Origin: Kondoa subrosea
Lineage: Eukaryota
Length of the DNA: 64,000 bases
Direction: 5' to 3'
NCBI GenBank assembly: GCA_039545335.1
Contig: BCIN01000003.1
Span: 2,303,060-2,367,059, forward strand
The notes below the pieces were generated by a model that saw only the letters and a list, made by a program, of their open reading frames with translations, did no database searches and was not told the DNA's origin. The position numbers and the translations under genes were made by a program. This document shows, one piece after another, positions 63,115 to 64,000 of the stretch (position 1 is the first letter of the stretch; every line of letters begins with the position of its first letter).

Positions 63115-64000
63115 ATGTCAGCACATTCAGCTGCACCTTATACTCAAGCCAGAACTCCCTTGCGGTGCCCAGCCTTTGGAGATCTGATGCGATCTTGGGA
63201 AGCTTCTGAATTCAACGCGCAAGGATGGGCAACAATGAATCCACCAACAGAGTTGCACTCTGCACTCACTAGTCTTCTAGAAAGCAGCAAGGCTTTCTTT
63301 GCCCTACCGCTTGAGGAGAAACTGAAATACGTCAAGAAGAGTACACAAGCAGATAGCTCGGAAGAAGGTTTCAATGTTGTCAAGGGAGAGAAGGAATTCA
63401 TTACGCTTCGTACGACTGCTTCTGGACCGAAAGATTTGGTTCAAGCAGCTCAAGAGGTGTGGAAATTGGCTGGCAAGGTCTTTCATGGGATGTTGGAAGC
63501 GATCGAGGAAAGCTTGCAACTGCCCGGCGGTGCTCTTACACGTTCGAATCTCTTCTCATCCCAGTATTTACTGCTAAGTCGGGCTGCAGGGTTCTCTGAG
63601 TCGTGCATGCAATTGGATGCACAACGTCGTTCTACTATGCTTCGCCTCTTCCGCTACGAACGCAACGAGAAAGAAGCACGTATCGTCAGCGAACCACACA
63701 ATGATCTTGGCTTGCTTTCTCTGGTAGTCGGCGATGTCCCTGGACTGGACTGCTGGGACCGTGAACTGGAAGAGTCCGTCAGCTTCGCGATCTGGTACTG
63801 CTTGTTCTGATAATCTTTTCAATTAGTTGGTATCCGATTGAAGTCGCTCAAGAACGCAGCCCAACAATATCAGTTCTAGCAGGACAAGTGAGCTGCTTGC
63901 TTCTTGAGTTTCACATCTTCGCTGACTGCAGACCAGCAATTAAACCGCCTGACAAATCATCTCTATCAATCAGGCGGTCACAGGGTCGTCGCTCTTCCTC
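63115..64000 (+). CDS. 2-oxoglutarate/Fe(II) oxygenase, 3'-partial; start uncertain
   Basis: AFFALPLEEK, LRLFRY, EPHNDLGLLSL (HxD). Confidence 0.82.

Overview
Intron-rich, very compact fungal genomic DNA, probably a basidiomycete yeast (inferred from 40-60 nt introns and protein families). The left end (1-2278) is a nested pair of Ty1/copia LTR retrotransposons, followed by about 2.4 kb with no recognisable gene. The rest is tightly packed housekeeping genes: ZUO1, SET1, an M17 aminopeptidase, CYC1, RPL5 with an intronic snR60-type snoRNA, NFS1, Whi5/Nrm1-like, GTR2, ASE1, GATase, AHP1, OSBP, PLP2, MRPL20, NNF1-like, PRE9, APM4, Spd1/Dif1-like, MCM-BP, Rid1-like, a Kelch membrane protein, OPY1, ACB1, G-alpha, RTF2, DPB3-like, SIN1, SPO7, SMYD and a 2OG oxygenase. 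The most striking structure is a ~540 bp inverted repeat (4699-5238 / 11772-12316) with a 378 bp perfectly identical core and diverged edges. It duplicates the SET1/aminopeptidase bidirectional promoter and brackets a 6.5 kb ZUO1+SET1 segment next to the retrotransposon nest. That is the geometry of a recombinational flip/flop inversion cassette, here containing no recognisable mating-type gene. Also notable: a shared hairpin + tandem-duplication + mini-intron design in two unrelated LTRs, a long structured intron in NFS1, and a ~58 aa insertion in proteasome alpha3. Gene coordinates are ATG-to-stop spans including introns, assembled by eye.
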